NCBI GenBank assembly: GCA_964035545.1
Contig: CAXIUT010000188.1
Location: 1 to 17,311, forward strand
Length of the DNA: 17,311 nt
Reading direction: 5' to 3'
DNA from: Bugula neritina
Lineage: Eukaryota; Animalia; Bryozoa
This document shows, in pieces, positions 10,709 to 17,311 of the stretch. The notes below the pieces were generated by a model that saw nothing but the letters and a program-made list of their open reading frames with translations, was not told the DNA's origin and did no database searches. Made by a program: the position numbers and the translations under genes. Each line of letters opens with the position of its first letter. The first letter of the stretch is position 1.

Positions 10709-11610
10709 TCACTTCTTGTGTGAATAAACATCTCCGTCATATTGTCCAAACTCTGAAGAGTTTTTATATGCTCCAGGTCCTGGCTTGAGACTAGAAGCCT
10801 TCACAAACTCATCAATTTTGGTTATTCTTTTAGCTGCATCAAATTTTGCATTCGTGCCACCTTTTTGAGATGAAATAAGATATTTACCAACATTGGAAAG
10901 GTTTGTAGGATTTTAATAGTTGCCAGGTCCGGGAACATCATTGTCTAAGTCAGAAAGATATACCTGCATTATGGAATCTTTTAGATTTATTACAGATAAA
11001 ACTTGTTTTTTTGAAATGACTGGCATAGAGGGTTTTTGATCCTTCTGGATTGTTATCATAATCAGCTGGTCCTGGAAATTTGTTCTGAGGTTAGATAGTT
11101 TTAGTTAGATCACGAGCTTTTAACTTTGAAGCCATTGAAAAAGAAGGAGCTCTTGAAGCTTTATATTCATTTTCAGAATCTAGATTATATCGGCCAATTC
11201 CAGGTTATTTTATTTTATTGGAATCAATATAAGAATTAAATACAATATTCTAGTTAAAAAATGACTTACTTCTCTACTAGATCCAATCGAAAATCCTTTT
11301 CTTTTTTTGGAATTTTAATCAAATAAACTTTTAGTTTCATATTTACCACCTTCAGGATTTTGTTAAGAATATTTAGTAAAATCAACTTTATTTCCATATC
11401 CCATGCCAGTTCCTGAATTCTTTTTAGCTATTTAAACACCTCCATAAGCATTAGTCGGACAACTAAATTATAAAAACATTACGTTGGTTTTTGTGTCTCA
11501 AATCTTGATGATTTGGAAAAAGTAAATGTTTGTTTGGTTGGAGATTTGTTGATTGAACTGTGGTTGATGGTATGGAAAGCTGCAACAGATGAGCAATATT
11601 TATCTTTCAT
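10709..11610 (-). CDS. STPG/SHIPPO (ODF3-like) repeat ciliary protein, 280 aa, 3 introns
   Basis: Introns 11463-11482, 11250-11269, 10945-10963 give an 843-nt frame; FTFSKSSRF, GMGYGNKVDFT, FPGPADY, VPGPGNY, KPGPGAY, SEFGQY. Confidence 0.9.
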
Positions 11611-11658
11611 TAAAATTATTAAGATGCTATTTAATAAAAAACAAATCAATAAAATGCA

Positions 11659-11740
11659 GGGTTGGGGTTGGGGTTGGGGTTGGGGTTGGGGTTGGGGTTG
11701 GGGTTGGGGTTGGGGGTTGGGGTTGGGGTTGGGGTTGGGG
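11659..11740 (+). repeat. Internal (TTGGGG)n array; right telomere of segment 2 joined to segment 3
   Basis: 82 nt of T2G4, G5 variant at 11712-11716 followed by 4 perfect repeats. Confidence 0.97.
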
Positions 11741-13633
11741 CTGAGAGTTATATTTGACAGACGATCTTTTTATGCATGATCTTCCAAATAATTAAGAGAT
11801 TGTTCAGTTAACTGATTGTAGCTAAGGTTGAGACTGTTAAGTTCTTGGCATCTCGTCAGTATTGTGGGGAAGATATCGTCTGTGATGCGATTATTCATCA
11901 ATTTAACTGATTTAAGTTTGTTTCTAGTTGGAATTAGTTCAGTAATAGTTAGTATAACTTTATCTCCAAGAAAAGCTCCTCCTAAATCAAGTACATCCAG
12001 ATGATCCTTTTCTAATTCTTCATAAATCTTCAAATATCTTTCAGGAAGGCATAATTTCTTTTTCTTTTTTAGATCTTTAGGACATAGCATACTTAAAAAT
12101 TCTTTCTAGGTTTTGTTAGAACTGTTAAAACTTTTGGAAATTGAGCTAACACTACTTCTATCAATGCTTTGAGAAAAAATATTTTTTTGAAGAGATACTT
12201 TATTCAAGATGGGAGTTTTTTTTAATTGACTACTTTTTTTTCTATAGTTAGGAAGATTTATTTGATGTGGAACCAGATCATGAGTTAATTCTTGACTAGA
12301 ATCGTCAAATTGTCTTATTGGTGGGATTGGACTAATACTTCTATTAAGGACAGGAGATTAAGGTTTTAAATCATTTATAAGCATTTCTTATTGATTTTTT
12401 GCTACACTACTTTTTGAAAATAAACTAATTAAACATCCTTTATCTTTATTTTTTGCCGTAGCAAATCTATTTGATTGAATCTTAGAACTCTTTTTCATTT
12501 CTAAAAAGTTATCAAATAAAGAATTTGGTATAGTTTATTACTTGAAACCAAAAGAATGAATTTCATCCTGAATCTAATTAGTAATCCTAGAATGATAGTT
12601 ATTAATTTATGCGATAAGAAATTATCCTTCTTGAGCTATATAGGAATTACTATGATTTCATTGACGTAATCAATGTATTGCTAGAAGTTATTAATTTGCA
12701 TAACTTTGGTAACTCCCTCTTTAATGTGATCAACTTTTTTATTAAATTAAATCATCTGAATCTCAAATTGTTAATTAGCAGTGTAAGATCTTAGTAGTTA
12801 TTATTTTGTCTATTGTAAAGTTACTTCTAATGATTTCTTTAGTTTTTTTTATAAATTATCAATCTATGATTGTAAAGAAGAAATAAAAGATGTAATTTTA
12901 TTTGTTTAAGTTTATTTTTTCAGTTCTATTTTATGTAATATTGTTTCCTCTATATTTTTCTGACTAACTTTCGCTTTGTTAGCATTTAGATTTTGACTAG
13001 TTTGTAAACATTGCTAAGCAAGAGATCCAAAATCAATAGCAAATTTATCATAAGGTATAATTTTATGACTTTTATGTTATCCAAAGAGTCCACAGTTAGC
13101 GCAAATCAAATCTTTATCCTCAAGACAGACTAGATCTGCCTTTTGAGCATGCAATAGACAAATATCGAATTGCTAAGGTTCAGAAACTGTAGGTTAGATT
13201 TGTTCTTTTGGTTTAGATTTTTATTTAAATTTAACTTAAATATTTTTATTTTTTGATTTATTGATTGATTTAAGGAGATTCTCTCTTTTACTTTCCATTA
13301 AGATATTTTATTATTTTATCTTTTTTTATATAGTTTCCACTTTTTTCTCATCTTATTTGATACTCCCTTCAACTTTGACTTTTTAAGAATGACTCTCATT
13401 ATTTTAATTGTTAAGAATAAGATTCAGCATATTCTCATTAGTTATAAAAGCTTCAAGAGTATGTTTTCTGCGATCGATTCTTTTGTAATCGATTGGACAA
13501 ACTAAATCAAAAAGATAATACGTATTTCAGATTTTAAGCATTGTAGACAGATAGTGTGTTCGCAATTGATCAGCATCTTTGGAGGATTTTCAGTTGAGTA
13601 AAGTTGTTCACATTTGGGGCATAAGATTGTCAT
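11741..13633 (-). CDS. RING - B-box - coiled-coil - LRR protein (TRIM/RBCC-like), 3'-truncated at the telomere array
   Basis: CPKC...CEHTICLQC...|CPID (RING), CLLH...LVCLEDKDLICANCGLFG*HKSH (B-box), heptads, then LDVLDLGG / LKSVKLMNNRITD / LNSLNLSYNQLTE / LSNITLS (LRRs); intron 13502-13521; frameshift near 12656. Confidence 0.85.
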
Positions 13634-13827
13634 AACAGACACCTATTATAATTATAATCATAGTTTTTTTTAATATAGATAGATGATTAAGATTAATAAT
13701 AAAAAACCTGTGAAAATAAATTAGTATTGATTAAGTAAAATATTCAATCGATAATTCTTATCTTATTAGTTGTCTAATATTTATATTTTGCCCAAATAAT
13801 GATGAATAAAATGTAAAAAGTGACTAA

Positions 13828-16800
13828 TCAATTTCTACGTCTTCTACTATTGGTAACAGCAAAGGGATCGACTAAAATAGTGGCAGACCCTCTTGAACCT
13901 TGATAGTTAAAACTGCACTGGACAGAGTAACTTTAGTTAGGTACTCCTGATGAATAAATCATCAAACAATCGAAAGTATTTAGCTATGGACTTTTTCTTT
14001 GCGAGCAGTAGACAGTAGGAATAGGTCCTTTTTTGAATTTAGTTTTGATGAAATTTTGACTTTCTTTAGGGTTATCAAATGTAAAGGTATTTTTAGTCTT
14101 CAAAGTTATAAATACATTATTGGAATTTATAACTGTGTTACCAGATTGGTATAAATTATTTTTTTTTCAGGTTTTGGAGGAGTAGGTTTTTGAGGTATTG
14201 GGTGGACAGGCGTAGTTATAATAGGAGTATTCGATCTACAGATAGATGGTTGTCCTGAACAGCGATATCCGCTTTGTATTTTACAACTTAAACAACCTGG
14301 AGAATACTTATTTCCAGTATCACAAGTTTAAGGAGAGACTACAAGTCCATCTCCACAAGTAGGAACACAACGACCTTATGAATTAGGCGAGTATCCACGC
14401 ATAGCACATGAAGTACATTTTGTAGCAGATGAACATGATTTACATGATCCAGGGCAAATGGCACAACCTACTTTTTTATCAAAATATTCTCCTTCTGGAC
14501 AAGTGATAGGTCTTAAGTTAACTTTAGAACAAGATCCGAAATTATTTTTATAAGAACCATGAGGACAAATACATCCATTTATCTATGGACTATACTGAGT
14601 ATTATGAGGGCAGATTGCGCATCCTCCTTGGAAAGCAAAATATCCTGCAGCACAAGAAAGCACACATATTCCACAGGAACTCTTAGCATATCCCTTTCGA
14701 CAGACGCATCTTCCATTTGATATGATCTGATTAGTTCCACAAGTATAACAGTTGCCTCTAGAATCAAGAATCTAATCGTTTTTACATTGACCTACGCAAC
14801 TAGATCCTTTACGAACTTTACCACCTGGACAGATACATTTTCTTTTTCCATCGTATATCATGTTGTTAGGACAAACAGAACAAACTCCATTGATCATGAA
14901 TCCATTCGATAAATTAGAGCATTTAGTACAAGTTCGGGCTGAATTATAAGCATAGCCAGCATTACAGACACATTTTCCTCCCTAAAGATGCTAGTTAGGT
15001 CCACAATCAGAACATCCATGAGGAGTGGCATAAGATCCAGATGGACAAACAGTACAAACTCCACTAATTCTACCTAATCCTTTCAAACACAAACATTGAT
15101 GAGTTTTACTGTCATAGTATTAATTAGTTGAACATTTTTTAGTACAAATACCATATTGATTGGTATAGAATCCTGGCTAACATTCACACTTGCTTTGAAG
15201 GAGATGGAATGAATAGGACAAGTTACACAATATCCATTGTTGATGAAATAGTTTTAAGGACAAACCTGGCAATCATTGTTTTGCAAACCGTAGCCAGGAT
15301 TACAAACACAGGAATTTACTTTTGAGTCGTATATTGAATTTTGGCCACAGACATAAATGCAAGAAGAAGTCTTTTCGCTCCAAATGGCTTTGTTTGGGCA
15401 TCGAGAACAATGTCCATTGTAGTTAGTATATCCATTATTACACTTACATGTACCATCAGATTGACGAGTACTGCCAACAGGACATGGAGTACCTTTTAAA
15501 CAAATGTTCTATGAGAAATAATATCCATTTTAGCATACACAAGTTTGAAGACCGTTGTCGAAAGAATGAGGAGGACATTTCTTTGGAGTCTTATTGGGTG
15601 GATGAGGACCTACAGGAGGGTGATGATGAGGTGGATTATTTGTTGGAGGAGATGGATGAGGTGGATGAGGTGTTGGAGGGGTTGGGTGTTGATGGGGAGG
15701 ATTATGAGGTGGGTAAGGTACAATTGGTAGTCCATAGTTGATGATAACAGGAATTGGGTTTGTTATGTGGATCGGAAGGCATATTCCATTAGAGTAAGAA
15801 TATCCAACTTAGCAGACACATTAGTGACCATTAAAGAAAGAATTTTAAGGACATCCTCCTTCAGGAATACGATATTTGGGAAGTTTTTTATGTTATTTTT
15901 TACCATGTATTTTATGATTTTTTTTAGAGTAAGGTACTGGCTTGTATTTAGGAATATACTTTTTAGTAATTTGGGATGGTCTTTAGGGTATTGGTGATCT
16001 AGATAGTCTTTATGGTCTTGATAGTCTTTGTGGTCTTTGTGGTCTTGATATTGATGATCTTGATAGTATTAATGGTCTTGATGATTTTGAAGGGTTTGAT
16101 GATTTTCTATTCATTGAAACTTGGCTGCCTGATATACATGCTATAGCTCCATCTTTGAACTTTTTTTATTAGGTTCCTTGAGGACATGAAGCAACACATA
16201 TTTTTCCAAAGGCGTAAGGCTCTTTTTAACACTTTGAACATAATTCTTTAGGAGAATTACCTGCGATGATATATATCAATCCAAAAGAATTAAACTACCT
16301 AGATGACTTGATTTTCAATTAGAAGTTTTTGTTGATTTAGCAAAAATAATCAAGAGGATTTTTTCCATCAACTGAAATATGAGTTAAGCCATAGATAAGA
16401 TAAGGAGTTTAATACAAACTATTACTAATATCTTTATTTTGTTAACCTTTAAAAGCAGCATTAGAATATGTTCCTCCATAGGCTGCAAATGATGAAGTAG
16501 AAGGAGAAAATGCAATAAAACTCAACCAAACACTTTTTATATTAGTTTTTTTGCCCATCATAACTTTTACTTTTAAAGTAGTTCCTTCAAGAATAGCTGG
16601 AGATAAAGCTATTTGAATAGCTTAAGAATCAGACATATATCCATTGATAAAAACTCTTGCGATAGGTTTATCAATTTGAGAAAAAGCATGCTGGATAGAT
16701 GTGGTTACTTATGCTACATTTCTTTATTTTAGGAGGTTAATAGATCTAAAATTACCAAGTTGAATTTCTTTATTTGCTGAGGCCCAAAAATTGAATCTTA

Positions 16801-17133
16801 TTTTTGTCCATATAGGTTTGTTATATGAGAAGATGAAGAGGATGGATGAAGGAGAAATGTGACTAGGTGCGATATAGTAAGAGTGGGGCCCGAAAGAAGA
16901 CACTGAGAAGTCTTGGAGTGCGATAGCGACTGAGGGAGTGCTTGGAAGTGCTTAGAGCATTGAATACTGAAAATTTTGTGATGAGTCTGGTTGAAAGATT
17001 GCTACTGTGATTTGAACTGAGTCTGAATGAGTAAATAAATACCAGCAACAAGATCGGGAATAAGGTAGTTCGCAGGACAGGAAGCCGATGCTAAATAGAT
17101 CAAGGTGAGGATGATCAAAATTGATTTTCTCAT
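13828..17133 (-). CDS. Large secreted cysteine-rich protein (~1090 aa): EGF/furin-like repeats, Pro/His-rich linker, Myxococcus-type Cys-rich repeat
   Basis: MRKSILIILTLIYLASA signal peptide; intron 17023-17042; many CxCxxGY...C and CxxC units; TCGDGLVVSP*TCDTGN...GC..C; TGA 13830-13828; two apparent 1-nt deletions (~15206, ~14160). Confidence 0.88.
15590..15725 (-). repeat. Low-complexity Pro/His-coding repeat (PPH/PHP) inside the Cys-rich gene
   Basis: Repeated CCA CCT CAT units; YPPHNPPHQHPTPPTPHPPHPSPPTNNPPHHHPPVGPHPP. Confidence 0.8.
15975..16105 (-). repeat. Degenerate short tandem repeat coding SRPQR/RLSRP units
   Basis: Repeated TCAAGACCA / CAAAGACTA; SRPQRPQRLSRP*RLSR. Confidence 0.7.
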
Positions 17134-17228
17134 CTTATTAATTTTAGAAGAAGTTAAAAATTGCGTTTTATAGATGTCAAAATAACGATTTATTACTATT
17201 AATAATAAAATATACTTATTCATATTTA

Positions 17229-17311
17229 TTGGGGTTGGGGTTGGGGTTGGGGTTGGGGTTGGGGTTGGGGTTGGGGTTGGGGTTGGGGTTGGGGTTGGGG
17301 TTGGGGTTGGG
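17229..17311 (+). repeat. Right telomere, (TTGGGG)n
   Basis: Perfect T2G4 repeats to the end of the window, correct polarity for a right end. Confidence 0.97.

Noticed and set aside
15448-15997. Plus-strand acidic or Trp/Met-rich ORFs
   Set aside because: Antisense shadow of the Pro/His linker in the Cys-rich gene

Overview
Eukaryotic, not prokaryotic: AT-rich ciliate macronuclear DNA. It has (C4A2)n at the left end, (T2G4)n at the right end, and two internal (T2G4)n arrays (5301-5371, 11659-11740). These split the window into three ~5.4-6.4 kb minichromosome-like segments. Segment 1 (1-5371) is a complete telomere-to-telomere chromosome with six genes. Segments 2 and 3 have a right telomere but begin inside a truncated gene, so the window is probably a concatemer or chimera of three chromosomes. 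The supplied ORF track is misleading because TGA is the only stop and TAA/TAG are sense codons. At conserved sites in four unrelated families (NIF phosphatase DLD*T, CK1 SL*DL and HLGI*QG, LITAF KDV*H, Cys-rich repeat *TCDTGN) they sit at Glu positions. This points to UAR=Glu (peritrich-type, table 30) rather than the usual ciliate UAR=Gln. Genes carry very uniform 19-21 nt GTA...AG introns (16 found) and are tightly packed. Products: small secreted Cys-rich protein, LITAF protein, three STPG/SHIPPO-repeat proteins, NIF/CTD phosphatase, casein kinase 1, Nop14-like fragment, RING-B-box-coiled-coil-LRR protein, a large secreted Cys-rich protein and several hypotheticals. Segments 2-3 contain about ten 1-nt indels that look like sequencing errors. 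All translations were done by hand and no database searches were run.
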